Assembly (NCBI GenBank): GCA_950096615.1 | Contig: CATNCP010000002.1 | Span: 61,270-125,269, forward strand | Length of the DNA: 64,000 nt | Origin: an uncultured Kangiella sp. | GTDB taxonomy: Bacteria > Pseudomonadota > Gammaproteobacteria > Enterobacterales > Kangiellaceae | Direction: 5' to 3' | Part shown: piece by piece, positions 1 to 10,227 of the stretch | Layout: each line of letters starts with the position of its first letter | How positions within the stretch are numbered: position 1 is the stretch's first letter | The notes under the pieces: generated by a model | The model's input: only the letters and a program-made list of their open reading frames with translations | Databases searched by the model: none | What the model was told of the DNA's origin: nothing | Position numbers and translations under genes: made by a program

Positions 1-704
1 GAAGTAAAAGCGTAATCAGAATTGGTTATTTTAATGTGGTTAGTGCCAAGACTTAGGGTTAGCGCTTCATCAGTATGATCGAGCAGTCGGCCCAGTTCAG
101 AGACACCTTTTCTTGGAATGATCGCATTTACCCGTTCATCGAGTTCTAGCTTTACCGACTCACGAGACAGAGCTAGACGGTGACCATCAGTAGCAACTGA
201 AGTCAGGGTATCTTCATCAAACTCAAATAACATGCCATTCAGATAATAACGGACATCTTGCTGTGCCATCGCAAACTGAGTTTTTTCGATTAACTCTTTA
301 AGCGTATGCTGAGAAACCGTTAGCGATGCTAGGCTTGCAGTTTCTTCCAAATTTGGAAACTCATTGGCCGGCATGGTGGATAAGTTAAAACGGCTGCCAG
401 GGGTTGATACCCTTAAGCGATTCTCACCCATCTCAAGCTTAACGTTTTCACCATCACCTAAGCTTTTAATAATATCGAGTAACTTACGCGCGGGAACCGT
501 AATTTCACCAGGTTCAAACTCGCCTTCTAACGCAACCTGAGCTTTTAATTCAATCTCTAAATCTGTCGCAGTTAGTGAGAGCTTACTATCATCAACAACC
601 ATTAAAACATTAGACAGAATCGGTAAAGTCTGTCTTTTTTCAACAGCCCCACTTACTAATTGAAGTGGTGACAATAGTTGATCACGAGTCATGGTAAAAC
701 GCAT
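1..704 (-). CDS. dnaN: DNA polymerase III beta sliding clamp (runs off the left edge of the window)
   Basis: Not in ORF track. Manual translation from ATG at 704 gives MRFTMTRDQLLSPLQLVSGAVEKRQTLPILSNVL, the typical beta-clamp N-terminus; directly downstream of dnaA. Confidence 0.97.
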   Translation of the reverse strand, partial: MRFTMTRDQLLSPLQLVSGAVEKRQTLPILSNVLMVVDDSKLSLTATDLEIELKAQVALEGEFEPGEITVPARKLLDIIKSLGDGENVKLEMGENRLRVSTPGSRFNLSTMPANEFPNLEETASLASLTVSQHTLKELIEKTQFAMAQQDVRYYLNGMLFEFDEDTLTSVATDGHRLALSRESVKLELDERVNAIIPRKGVSELGRLLDHTDEALTLSLGTNHIKITNSDYAFT

Positions 705-735
705 AAGAATACCCTTAATGAAACCCAATAATTTA

Positions 736-2124
736 TTATGTTGATAAAGTCCTTAATAGATTAGAGTAATCTTCTTCAATATCAACACTTTCACTTTTTA
801 ATTCATCAATTTTTCTACAAGCATGCAGTACGGTGGTATGGTCGCGGCCACCAAATGCATCACCAATTTCTGGCAAACTATGATTAGTCAGTTTTTTGGC
901 TAAAGTCATTGCCATTTGACGCGGTCGTGTAATCGAGCGACTGCGTCTTTTAGATAATAGATCAGAAACCTTAATCTTGTAATAGGTGGCGACTGTTTTT
1001 TGTATATTATCAATAGAAATAAGCTTATCTTGAGCAGCAATTAAGTCCTTCAGAGCATCTTTAACAAAATCGAGGGTAATGGCTCTCCCGGTAAACTGCG
1101 CGTTGGCAATAACCCGCTTCAAGGCTCCTTCGAGTTCACGAACGTTAGACCGGATCCGTTTAGCGATAAAGAAGGCAACCTCGTGCGGAAGCTCTATATT
1201 GGATTGATTAGCCTTGCTCATCAAAATAGCGACTCGTGTCTCTAGGTCTGGCGGCTCTATGGCAACAGTTAAGCCCCAGCCGAAACGAGACTTAAGGCGT
1301 TCTTCAAGCCCTTCAATTTCTTTGGGATAACGATCACAAGTAATAATAACCTGTTTATTTTTTTCTATGAGGTTATTAAACGTATGAAAGAACTCTTCTT
1401 GGGTTCGGCCTTTATTGGCGAAAAATTGAATATCATCAATTAATAACGCATCCACTGAACGATAATAGTTTTTGAAAGCATCCATACTATTGCTTTGTAA
1501 AGCCTTGACCATATTGGCCATGAAGCGCTCAGAATGTAGATAAACAATTTTAGAGTCAGGCTTGTCTTTAAGAATGAGGTTACCCACAGAGTGCATTAAG
1601 TGCGTTTTACCTAAACCGACGCCACCATATATTAATAACGGGTTGTAGGAAACTCCTGGGTTTTCTGCTACCTGCTCTGCAGCAGCTCTTGCCAACTGAT
1701 TCGACTTACCTTCTACAAAGTTGTTAAAAGTAAACTTATTATTCAGATTGTTCTGTGGAAAGTTGGAAGATGCGTTAGAACGATTACTCACAGAAGGCGA
1801 ACTTATAGAGTTGACAGCAGGTTTAACAGAGGCCTGAGGCGTACTTGCACTGGTTTGAGCTGGCGCAGATTCCACGATCTGGGCATTACCAACATGTAAA
1901 GAAATATGCATTTGATTATGGTCTTCTTTACTGGCGACAAACTCTGTAATGCGGTCAAGGTATTGCTGACGGATCCAGTCTACAAAAAAAGGATTAGGCG
2001 CAAATAAAGCCATTTCTTTATCAGTTTCTCGAACTTGGAGTGGTTTTATCCAAGTATTAAACTCTGTTACCGAGAGTTCTGATTGTAGTCGTTGCAGGCA
2101 GTTTCGCCACATGCTGCTAGACAT
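736..2124 (-). CDS. dnaA: Chromosomal replication initiator DnaA
   Basis: Walker [28 protein letters not shown], domain [13 protein letters not shown]. Confidence 0.99.
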   Translation of the reverse strand: MSSSMWRNCLQRLQSELSVTEFNTWIKPLQVRETDKEMALFAPNPFFVDWIRQQYLDRITEFVASKEDHNQMHISLHVGNAQIVESAPAQTSASTPQASVKPAVNSISSPSVSNRSNASSNFPQNNLNNKFTFNNFVEGKSNQLARAAAEQVAENPGVSYNPLLIYGGVGLGKTHLMHSVGNLILKDKPDSKIVYLHSERFMANMVKALQSNSMDAFKNYYRSVDALLIDDIQFFANKGRTQEEFFHTFNNLIEKNKQVIITCDRYPKEIEGLEERLKSRFGWGLTVAIEPPDLETRVAILMSKANQSNIELPHEVAFFIAKRIRSNVRELEGALKRVIANAQFTGRAITLDFVKDALKDLIAAQDKLISIDNIQKTVATYYKIKVSDLLSKRRSRSITRPRQMAMTLAKKLTNHSLPEIGDAFGGRDHTTVLHACRKIDELKSESVDIEEDYSNLLRTLST

Positions 2125-2771
2125 AATTATGTATTCCTAAATCCATGACTTTTAATTGTTATCAATGCACTGCCAGTTTCAGGTACTCGCCGAGTGCAGT
2201 CTGATGAGTTTTCTGCCTGATAAAGAGGCTTAACTCAACCTGTTGGACAGTGTAGATCCATCCACTATAAATATCCACAGTTTTAATAAAAAAAAAACAT
2301 AAATTGTGAGTAAAAGTATTTTTGGTCACCGGGGATGAATTGCACAGAAAGCAAACAAAACACGACCAAAAGGACAAGTTGTGACTAAATAATGTATAAA
2401 AACAGGTTAAAACTGTGTAGAAGTGGGTGTAACGTCATAAAAAGCAACTTATCCATTTTTAGATCTCAGGTTATAAGACACGTTATAAACTGGTTTATTA
2501 CTAATGTAAGCTTATGTTTTTATGATTAATAATAAACTTATCAACAGATATTAGTTTACTTAATAATAATAATAAGATCTTTAAATATATATTTATAATA
2601 ATTACTCGCTAACTTTTCCAATATGAAACAACTGAACTGAGTTAATAGCATAAATTTAATAAAAAACCTTTAAATTTAAATAAATTGGCTTTTTTTAAGG
2701 AAATGGAGCAATATAGAACCTGTCGATAAAGATATAATTATCCACAGTTGGCTGATAGTGGAAGTGTATAG

Positions 2772-2817
2772 ATACCACATCTAGTGGTTGTAAGAGAATT
2801 TGGTCACTATATAGATG
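2772..2817. promoter_or_regulatory. Putative tandem NrdR-box-like operators
   Basis: ataCCACATCTAGtgg (2772-2787) and ggtCACTATATAGatg (2802-2817) compared with consensus acaCwAtATaTwGtgt; 30 bp apart. The second has a mismatch at a conserved A. Confidence 0.45.
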
Positions 2818-2865
2818 ATGTTTTAGGAAACTATTGCAAACCCTTAAAAAATAAGGGCTGGAGCA

Positions 2866-2894
2866 TTGCAATCACTTACCAATTCCTATAAAAT
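2866..2894 (+). promoter_or_regulatory. sigma70-type promoter of the rpmH-rnpA-yidD-yidC operon
   Basis: TTGCAA (2866-2871), 17-bp spacer, TAAAAT (2889-2894). Confidence 0.6.
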
Positions 2895-2982
2895 TCCGCG
2901 TCCTTGTAGTTATTGTCACAAACTAATGCCTACTAAGGGCGTTACTTATTGTGAATAAAATTTATGTTGATGGGTTAAGCAG

Positions 2983-3117
2983 ATGAAAAGAACATTTCAA
3001 CCAAGCGTCATTAAGCGTAAGCGTGTACACGGTTTCCGTGCTCGTATGGCGACAAAAAATGGCCGTAAAATTTTAGCTAACCGCCGTGCAAAAGGCCGTA
3101 AGCGTTTAAGCGCTTAA
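2983..3117 (+). CDS. rpmH: 50S ribosomal protein L34
   Basis: Below the ORF-track cutoff. Manual translation [44 protein letters not shown]. Confidence 0.99.
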   Translation: MKRTFQPSVIKRKRVHGFRARMATKNGRKILANRRAKGRKRLSA

Positions 3118-3149
3118 TAGCGGTAGATAAAATATTTGAATTCTTTGAT

Positions 3150-3536
3150 GTGAGTGAGACGACGATAACCGATAAGGCCAAGATATTTGGTTTTCCTAGG
3201 GATCGTCGATTGCTCACAGCAGAGGATTACAAAAAAGTCTTTAGCAACCCAGTTAAGCTGGTTTGCCCTCCTTTCACACTTCTAGCGATTTCAAGCGAGT
3301 CGAATCATCCTCGGTTGGGATTAATCGTGGCTAAAAAAAACGTTAAGTCTGCCGTTAAGCGTAACCGCTTAAAGCGATTAGCGCGTCAATCGTTCCGTTT
3401 GCATCAAAACGAATTACCGACTATTGATATTGTTTTATTAGCCCGTCGCGGTAGTAGTGATATGCCTAATGAGGTATTATTCGAGCACCTCAATCGACTT
3501 TGGTCGCGAGCAAAAAAGAAATGCAGTGGTTACTGA
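3150..3536 (+). CDS. rnpA: Ribonuclease P protein component
   Basis: RLGLIVAKKNVKSAVKRNRLKR (RNR motif); synteny after rpmH. Confidence 0.97.
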   Translation: MSETTITDKAKIFGFPRDRRLLTAEDYKKVFSNPVKLVCPPFTLLAISSESNHPRLGLIVAKKNVKSAVKRNRLKRLARQSFRLHQNELPTIDIVLLARRGSSDMPNEVLFEHLNRLWSRAKKKCSGY

Positions 3537-3769
3537 TAAAATTAGTACGACTTTACCAGTTAGTATTAAGTCCAGTTATGGGCAATCAATGCCGTTTTGC
3601 ACCAACCTGCTCGAATTATTCTATCGAGGCACTAGAGAAACACGGGGCTATGCGTGGCAGTTGGCTGACCATTAAAAGAATTGGTCGTTGCCATCCTGGC
3701 TGCGAAGGTGGACACGATCCTGTACCCACAAATCATTCGATCCAACAAACAAAAGCTGTTAAAGAGTAG
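3521..3769 (+). CDS. yidD: Membrane protein insertion efficiency factor
   Basis: CRFAPTCSNY...RCHP motif. ATG at 3521 (MQWLL) preferred over the track start 3500. Confidence 0.93.
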   Translation: MQWLLIKLVRLYQLVLSPVMGNQCRFAPTCSNYSIEALEKHGAMRGSWLTIKRIGRCHPGCEGGHDPVPTNHSIQQTKAVKE

Positions 3770-3772
3770 ATT

Positions 3773-5401
3773 ATGGAATCAATGCGCGGATTTTTTATTC
3801 TGGGCCTAGCGGTATGTACTTTTTTGTTATACCAAGCTTGGCAAAAAGATTATGGCCCTCAACCTTCTCAACAAGAGAGTGTCGCTGAACAGGGCGACGT
3901 TGCTGTCGTTAGCAACAATACAGCTGTTAGCAGCGACAACTTAGTGACAGTAGAAACAGATTTAGTCAGCTATCGCATAGAGCCTAATGGCGGTGATATC
4001 GTTTATGCTGAGTTAAAGCAGTACAACGTTGAGTTGGATAAAACAGAAAATAAAGTTGTGTTGTTTGATTATCGTGATCGGATGTATCAAGCAAAAAGTG
4101 CTTTATTGGGCCAAGGTGCTCCAGATAACCAGCTGCCTAGAGCTAGTTACTCTACTGAGAAGAAAAGCTACACGTTAGCAGAAGGTGAAGAAACGTTAAC
4201 GGTGCCATTAAGTTGGACAAATAGCGCCGGTGTGACATTTAAAAAGAGTTTCACTTTCACCCGAGGCCAGTACTTGATTAATATGGCTTACAGCATCGAT
4301 AACCAGTCTGCTAACGATAGAACCTATAACTTTGTTGCAGAGTTAGCGCGCGACCAAAAGCCAACAGGTCTGGAAGAAAAATCTTCTTTTGGTATGAAGC
4401 CATTCATGGGCGTGGCCTACTCTCCTGAAGAACAGCAGTATGAAAAGGTTGATTTTGAAGAGCTGGAAGAAGAGCCTATTAAAACTTCTCGTCAAGGTGG
4501 ATGGGTTGGCTTTTTACAGCACTATTTCATTGCTGCTTGGATTCCGCCACAAGATCAACAGATTAATATCACCAGTTCTGTAAAACCAAACAAAGACACC
4601 ACAATCCGCTTTGTTCAACCAACGGTTTCGGTTCCGGCTGGGCAAGCAAAAACCATTAATGCTGATTTGTACGTCGGACCTAAAGATTTAGAGCAACTGG
4701 AAGCAGCAGCTCCGGGCTTAGATAAGTCGTTGGATTTAAGTTGGGTGTGGTGGATTGGTTTACCACTCTATAAGTTGATGCAGTTTTTCCATAGCTTCCT
4801 AGCGAACTGGGGCCTGGCGATTATCTTGGTCACAATCGTTATCAAAACATTGCTTTATCCATTGTCGGCGGCGCAATACCGTTCGATGGCTAACATGCGA
4901 AAATTACAGCCAAAAATGCAACGTTTGAAAGAACGTTATGGCGATGATAAACAGCGTATGCAGCAAGAAATGATGAAAATGTACAAAGAAGAAGGTGCTA
5001 ACCCATTCGGTGGTTGTTTGCCGATGTTGTTACAGTTCCCGATTTTCATCGCCTTGTATTATGTATTGTTTGAAGCAGTTGAACTAAGGCATGCACCTTT
5101 CTTCGGTTGGATTCAGGATTTATCGGTAGCTGATCCCTACTTCGTATTACCGTTATTGATGGGCGGAAGTATGTGGTTAATGCAGCGTTTACAACCAAAA
5201 TCACCAACCATGGATCAGATGCAGCAAAAGATCATGAGTTATCTACCGGTTGTGTTTACAGTGTTCATGCTGTTCTTCCCTGCTGGTTTGGTTTTATATT
5301 GGTTGTGTAACAACTTGATATCAGTAGCGCAGCAACAATACGTCACTAAGAAAGTTGAGAATGCTCCTGATAAGCCCAAAAAAGCTATCAAGAAAAAATA
5401 G
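3773..5401 (+). CDS. yidC: Membrane protein insertase YidC
   Basis: N-terminal TM, periplasmic domain, NWGLAIILVT, GGCLPMLLQFPIF, GLVLYW. Confidence 0.98.
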   Translation: MESMRGFFILGLAVCTFLLYQAWQKDYGPQPSQQESVAEQGDVAVVSNNTAVSSDNLVTVETDLVSYRIEPNGGDIVYAELKQYNVELDKTENKVVLFDYRDRMYQAKSALLGQGAPDNQLPRASYSTEKKSYTLAEGEETLTVPLSWTNSAGVTFKKSFTFTRGQYLINMAYSIDNQSANDRTYNFVAELARDQKPTGLEEKSSFGMKPFMGVAYSPEEQQYEKVDFEELEEEPIKTSRQGGWVGFLQHYFIAAWIPPQDQQINITSSVKPNKDTTIRFVQPTVSVPAGQAKTINADLYVGPKDLEQLEAAAPGLDKSLDLSWVWWIGLPLYKLMQFFHSFLANWGLAIILVTIVIKTLLYPLSAAQYRSMANMRKLQPKMQRLKERYGDDKQRMQQEMMKMYKEEGANPFGGCLPMLLQFPIFIALYYVLFEAVELRHAPFFGWIQDLSVADPYFVLPLLMGGSMWLMQRLQPKSPTMDQMQQKIMSYLPVVFTVFMLFFPAGLVLYWLCNNLISVAQQQYVTKKVENAPDKPKKAIKKK

Positions 5402-5438
5402 GTTCTCGTAGGACTTATTCACGAATTGGAGTGAGATA

Positions 5439-6806
5439 GTGTCAGCCAATAATACGCAAGACACCATAGCTGCGATTGCAACGCCTCCCGGTCGTGGAGG
5501 CGTTGGTATTATTAGGGTGTCTGGCAAGCTTGCGGAAACGGTTGCACAAAAAATCGTAAAGAAATCTCTCACCGTTAGAGAAGCCACTTACCTTCCTTTC
5601 TATGATGAAAAAGATACCGTTTTGGATGAAGGTATCGCACTATTTTTCAAAGCACCAAACTCCTTTACCGGTGAAGATGTCCTTGAGTTACAAGGTCATG
5701 GCGGCCCGGTCATATTAGATTTATTACTCAAGGAAATTATAAAGCTAGACGTTCGACTCGCGCGTCCTGGTGAATTTTCTGAGCGCGCATTTCTCAATGA
5801 TAAATTAGACTTGGCGCAAGCAGAAGCGATTGCCGATCTGATCGAGTCAACCTCAGAGCATGCGGCTCGCTCCGCGGTTCGATCATTGCAGGGTGAGTTC
5901 TCGCAAAAAGTTCATGAGTTGGTGGAAGCGCTGATCCGTTTGCGAATTTATGTGGAAGCGGCTATCGACTTTCCTGAAGAAGAAATTGATTTCTTATCTG
6001 ATGGTAAAGTGCTGGGTGACTTGAATTCGATTATAGACAATATCGAAGACTTACAAAGCCAAGCGCAACAAGGCTCAATTTTGCGCGAAGGAATGACTGT
6101 GGTGATCGCAGGAAAACCGAACGCAGGTAAATCCAGTTTACTCAATGCCTTAGCGGGTAAAGACTCAGCCATTGTTACTGACATTCCGGGTACAACACGT
6201 GATGTTCTACGTGAGCACATTCATATTGATGGACTTCCCGTCCATATCATCGATACCGCTGGTCTGCGTGAGTCAGACGATAAAGTGGAGCAAATTGGTA
6301 TCGAGCGTGCTTGGAACGAAATTGAACAAGCGGATCAAATTATCTTAGTCGCGGACTCAAGCGAAACACAAGAATTTACACCGCATGCCATTGACCCAGC
6401 TTTTGAGCGATTCGAGCCGTTTAAAGAAAAGCTCTTAATCGTTGCCAATAAAATTGATGTCTCACAACTCGACAATCAATCTTTAAACTCAGACTATAAA
6501 ACCATTGCCATCAGCGCCAAAGACGGTACTGGCATTGGTGAGCTTAAGTCCGAGTTAAAACAAATTGTCGGTTACCAGCAAAATACCGAAGGGGCATTCC
6601 TCGCCCGCCGTAGACACCTAGACGCTATTGAGCGCGCCTTATCGTTTTGCTACTTAGGCAAAGAGCAATTAGTAGATTTTAATGCGGGTGAGCTGCTAGC
6701 GGATGAATTACGCCAAGCGCAAAATTCACTGTCAGAAATCACTGGTGAATTTAGTGCTGATGATTTGCTAGGAAGAATCTTTAGCAGCTTTTGTATTGGT
6801 AAGTAG
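5439..6806 (+). CDS. mnmE: tRNA modification GTPase MnmE (TrmE)
   Basis: [32 protein letters not shown]-terminal FCIGK. Confidence 0.99.
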   Translation: MSANNTQDTIAAIATPPGRGGVGIIRVSGKLAETVAQKIVKKSLTVREATYLPFYDEKDTVLDEGIALFFKAPNSFTGEDVLELQGHGGPVILDLLLKEIIKLDVRLARPGEFSERAFLNDKLDLAQAEAIADLIESTSEHAARSAVRSLQGEFSQKVHELVEALIRLRIYVEAAIDFPEEEIDFLSDGKVLGDLNSIIDNIEDLQSQAQQGSILREGMTVVIAGKPNAGKSSLLNALAGKDSAIVTDIPGTTRDVLREHIHIDGLPVHIIDTAGLRESDDKVEQIGIERAWNEIEQADQIILVADSSETQEFTPHAIDPAFERFEPFKEKLLIVANKIDVSQLDNQSLNSDYKTIAISAKDGTGIGELKSELKQIVGYQQNTEGAFLARRRHLDAIERALSFCYLGKEQLVDFNAGELLADELRQAQNSLSEITGEFSADDLLGRIFSSFCIGK

Positions 6807-6898
6807 CTCACAAATACTGATTAAATCTCAGACTTTGGTTTTAATACCCTCCTTTTTATTATAATTTTATTGTTCGAACCATTATACAGGGAGTGTGT

Positions 6899-7354
6899 AT
6901 GATCCAATCAAAAGTAACCCCAAAAAATATTGATCAGCTAATCGCGATCATTCAAAACGAATTTCCCAAAAGTAAAATTAGAGTAACAGGTAAAGCTAGA
7001 ACACTCCGAAGGCAGGCAGAGTTGATGGCCCAGAGGATAAGAGTCTATAGACTTGAGTTCCTGAAAACTTATCGAAGAAGACAACATATTGTAGAAATGG
7101 ATACGTGGTATAGCACTAATAAAGGAGCTACCTTTACTCAAACAGTAGATGAGTTTGAAAAAATTATTATTAGGGCAAGATCTCGTGGTGCCTTAGTTTC
7201 TAATCATCTATCAAATACTGCTAGAGATATTAGCTGGCCACACGGGACATATATAGAGTTAGATAAGATTGAAGCAAGAATAAACCAGCTGGGTGCCTCT
7301 GTGATTAGAGAGCCAAAAGCTGCAGGAGGGAGGCACTGGCATGTGGATTGGTAA
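6899..7354 (+). CDS. Putative M15/LAS-family zinc peptidase (peptidoglycan hydrolase-like, candidate toxin)
   Basis: VTGKARTLRRQ (resembles M15 vtSgyR...Q), SNHLSNTARDI (H-x6-D), HWHVDW (HxH). No signal peptide. ATG 6899 follows AGGGAG. Confidence 0.65.
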   Translation: MIQSKVTPKNIDQLIAIIQNEFPKSKIRVTGKARTLRRQAELMAQRIRVYRLEFLKTYRRRQHIVEMDTWYSTNKGATFTQTVDEFEKIIIRARSRGALVSNHLSNTARDISWPHGTYIELDKIEARINQLGASVIREPKAAGGRHWHVDW

Positions 7355-7829
7355 AGCGTTATTCATATCTTTAGTTGTGATATTAAGTGTACAAGGCTGC
7401 GGTAAAAAGAGCGTAGCTAACCAATCAAAACCACTAAAGACTAATTATGCTTGGTGGTTAACCGAAGAGGTAAAGCTTGAAGAGCATACAACAAGAAGAC
7501 TCTTAGATATAGACGACTTTAAGAGTGTGGGAGGTGCGAGTAGTGATATTAATAACTCTAAACTAAGATTCACTGTGTTTTCAGATTTGAACAAAGATGG
7601 GATAAAAGAAAAATATCAATCAGGAGTTTATGAAGAAAATGGCGAAAGTGGTACTTTTGTTGTAGTGACTCAGAAAGATGAAGAGTTAATCATTCTAAAA
7701 AGAAAAGGGGAAAAGTTGTTTAACGCTTTGCTTGTGGATAATGGTAGGGTGTTTTGGTTTGATTGTATGGAGTGTGATAACTTTGAAGAAATAAGATGGA
7801 GCACAAAGTCTGGTTATTATTTATGGTGA
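7341..7829 (+). CDS. Hypothetical lipoprotein (candidate immunity protein)
   Basis: Hydrophobic signal ending VQG|C; overlaps the upstream gene by 14 bp; DLNKDG loop and CMEC motif. Confidence 0.65.
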   Translation: MWIGKALFISLVVILSVQGCGKKSVANQSKPLKTNYAWWLTEEVKLEEHTTRRLLDIDDFKSVGGASSDINNSKLRFTVFSDLNKDGIKEKYQSGVYEENGESGTFVVVTQKDEELIILKRKGEKLFNALLVDNGRVFWFDCMECDNFEEIRWSTKSGYYLW

Positions 7830-7856
7830 GGTTCTTTGAGTCCTATTAAAGCATAA

Positions 7857-8711
7857 TTAATTACCTTCAAACGTATCACAGGATCCAACTAGGCCTGTAT
7901 TCGCTCCACGGTTAAACCAGTCCATACGTTCTTTTGAAGAGCCGTGAGTAAAATTTTCACGGCGTGGTGGCACACCAGCTCGTTTCATGAGCGTGTCATC
8001 ACCAACTGCTTCTGCTGCGGATAGTGCTTCTTCCAGATCACCTGACTCTAAGAATTGAGTGCGTTGTTGGGTCTGGTTTGCCCACACACCCGCGAGACAG
8101 TCAGCTTGCAGTTCCATTTTGACTTGTAAGGCGTTCTGCCCTGCTTTGTTGGTTTGGCTTTGTGCTTTGCGCACTTTGCTGGAGATACCGGTTACGGTTT
8201 GAATGTGATGCCCCACTTCATGTGCGAGGACATAGGCAACAGCGAAATCTCCGCTGGCTCCCATACGTTTTAGCTCAGCGAGAAAACTTAAATCTAAATA
8301 AATCTTTTGATCCGCTGGGCAGTAAAAAGGGCCTGAGGCTGCTTGGCCGGTTCCACAAGCGGTCGGTGTCCTATCACGATAAATAACTAAGGTTGGATGT
8401 GGGTATTTTGCATTGGATTGACGGTAAATATGAGTCCAAGTATCTTCAGTATCGGCTAACACCACACTGACAAAATCGTAGACATCTTGTTCTTCCGCCG
8501 AGGGTTGGTAGTTAGTTTGTTCTGTGGACGTACTTTGAGACGATTGGCCCCCAACCATGCCAGAAACAACTTGCATCGGATCTTGCTTGAACACAAAGAT
8601 CGCAATAAGCGCCATGATAATACCGCCAATGCTAAACTTAGCGCCGGACTTCATGCGCTGCCTTCGGCGATCATCAATATTTCTACTGCGTCTACGGTTT
8701 CTCCACTTCAT
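7857..8711 (-). CDS. ypfJ: Neutral zinc metallopeptidase, YpfJ family
   Basis: MKWRNRRRSRNIDDRR N-terminus, GPFYCPADQKIYLD, AHEVGHHIQ, ELQADCLAG, FTHGSS. Confidence 0.9.
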   Translation of the reverse strand: MKWRNRRRSRNIDDRRRQRMKSGAKFSIGGIIMALIAIFVFKQDPMQVVSGMVGGQSSQSTSTEQTNYQPSAEEQDVYDFVSVVLADTEDTWTHIYRQSNAKYPHPTLVIYRDRTPTACGTGQAASGPFYCPADQKIYLDLSFLAELKRMGASGDFAVAYVLAHEVGHHIQTVTGISSKVRKAQSQTNKAGQNALQVKMELQADCLAGVWANQTQQRTQFLESGDLEEALSAAEAVGDDTLMKRAGVPPRRENFTHGSSKERMDWFNRGANTGLVGSCDTFEGN

Positions 8712-8880
8712 TGTGGTGTCCTCTAACTGTTATTGTCTCTAGGTTGGTGAATTAAGAATAATCCAAGACGAGAACGAAAGGCAAGTTGGCGGTTGTGATT
8801 TAAATAAATATTACAGGATAGGGTTAGGAGGTAAAGGTATTATAAGTCAAGGTGAGGCAGCCGCCCCACCTTGGTTCATG

Positions 8881-10185
8881 CTACTGATCTTTTTCTAGTT
8901 CCTCGCGCTTAACTGATTCAGGCTCAACTTCACGACGGACTCTAAGATCCTTAATTTCATTAATTCTGAATGGCATTTCTAGATAGTTACCCGATGAAAT
9001 GTAGGTTTTAATGCGCGCGGTTGCTCCAGAAACAGAATTCACTGTGCCAACATAGCTTTTACTACGATAGTTGAAGCGAGCTTCGTAACCAATGTAAGCG
9101 CCTAAGTTAGCTGGTGAAGTCGATTGCAAGGTTAGCCCTTGAACTCGAGTAAGGTTATCGTCTTTAACTTCTACCACCTGATCCAATTCAGGGAGTTCTG
9201 AAGGCAACGGCGGGTTGCCGAATAACTGAAGCACGCGTTTGTCGTTGAAAAATATTCGCATGCTTAGAGCGCTCATCATGCGTTGAGGCGACATATTCAT
9301 GATTTCCATCGAGTTAATGGCGTCGGCAGGATAACTTTCTAACTTAATACTGCGCGGCTGACGGATATATTCTTCGTAAGCCGTATAAAAATCTTCACTG
9401 AAATGAAGGTTGTTATCGTAAAGTACGTGACGAAGATAATCGATGTGTCGTTGGTAATACTGTTCTAGCTCTAACCCTTCAAGATCAGCACAATATTTAA
9501 ATAAACGCTTAGTCAACTCAGGTGTGGCCGACTCCATGGTAATGGATTTTAATTTTGGGTTTTGTACCAAAGCATTAGGATTAATTTGTTCGAGTAAGAA
9601 ATCCATGTTGAAACTTCCGTACTCACCTGCATTAACGTACATATTCCAGTTAGCTTGATTAATATGCTTGTCGTAAGTGATGTCGGTGCTGAAGTCCATG
9701 GTGACTTGCTCATACCCCATCGCATTTAAATCGCTCACATCAAGAGAGTCTTTATTATCGCAACCAGCCATTGATATTTGAGTAAACAAATCAGGCTCTG
9801 CTTGGAAAGAAGAGTTTGAGTCCATGGATGAAGTTAATGGAAACTGCAGTTGCTTGATCTCTGCACCCATGTCTTGCACGCCACCAAAGTATTGCCCTGA
9901 CTCAATGGAGCGGACTAATTTAAAGGACTGGAATAAGCTGTTGGTGCCAAAGCGTAATTCTTTGATAGTCGCTTTTTGAGCGGAGCCAGGAACCGTGATT
10001 TCAATATCAGTGGTTACAGACTTACCATCAAAACTAACATAGGTAGAGTCATAACTGGCCGGGCTTTGCATTTTTATAAACGTAAAGACGTTATCGATCA
10101 TCTGCTTATTTTTATACCAGATATAACCGTAGGCTAATCCGGCAAGAATAAGAAGTATAATCAGTAATCGAGTAAAAAGTTTCAC
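8881..10185 (-). CDS. Hypothetical membrane-anchored periplasmic protein
   Basis: Long ORF with RBS (GGAAGGAG on the minus strand) and a single N-terminal TM helix; no motif recognised. Confidence 0.75.
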   Translation of the reverse strand: MKLFTRLLIILLILAGLAYGYIWYKNKQMIDNVFTFIKMQSPASYDSTYVSFDGKSVTTDIEITVPGSAQKATIKELRFGTNSLFQSFKLVRSIESGQYFGGVQDMGAEIKQLQFPLTSSMDSNSSFQAEPDLFTQISMAGCDNKDSLDVSDLNAMGYEQVTMDFSTDITYDKHINQANWNMYVNAGEYGSFNMDFLLEQINPNALVQNPKLKSITMESATPELTKRLFKYCADLEGLELEQYYQRHIDYLRHVLYDNNLHFSEDFYTAYEEYIRQPRSIKLESYPADAINSMEIMNMSPQRMMSALSMRIFFNDKRVLQLFGNPPLPSELPELDQVVEVKDDNLTRVQGLTLQSTSPANLGAYIGYEARFNYRSKSYVGTVNSVSGATARIKTYISSGNYLEMPFRINEIKDLRVRREVEPESVKREELEKDQ

Positions 10186-10227
10186 CAGCCTCTCCTTCCT
10201 ATGTTTAATTGTTAAATCTGAGGTTAC

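Larger units (their letters stand above)
2260..2960. other. oriC: Replication origin oriC (dnaA-rpmH intergenic)
   Basis: DnaA boxes: perfect TTATCCACA 2738-2746 and TGTGAATAA 2950-2958. One-mismatch boxes at 2271-2279, 2305-2313, 2381-2389, 2414-2422, 2538-2546 and 2721-2729. AT-rich unwinding element ~2555-2615 with (TAA)5 and a 13-mer-like GATCTTATTATTA on the minus strand. Confidence 0.85.

Noticed and set aside
2162-2377. 71-aa ORF upstream of dnaA
   Set aside because: Overlaps DnaA boxes and the promoter/origin region; no coding features.
2561-2575. (TAA)5 as canonical DnaA-trios
   Set aside because: Orientation relative to the nearest box differs from the Bacillus box-GC-trio layout; better explained as part of a 13-mer-like AT-rich unwinding element.
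7733-7741. Perfect DnaA boxes TGTGGATAA in coding sequence (7733-7741 and 60681-60689)
   Set aside because: Isolated single boxes within ORFs, compatible with chance; no clustering to suggest datA/DARS-like sites.
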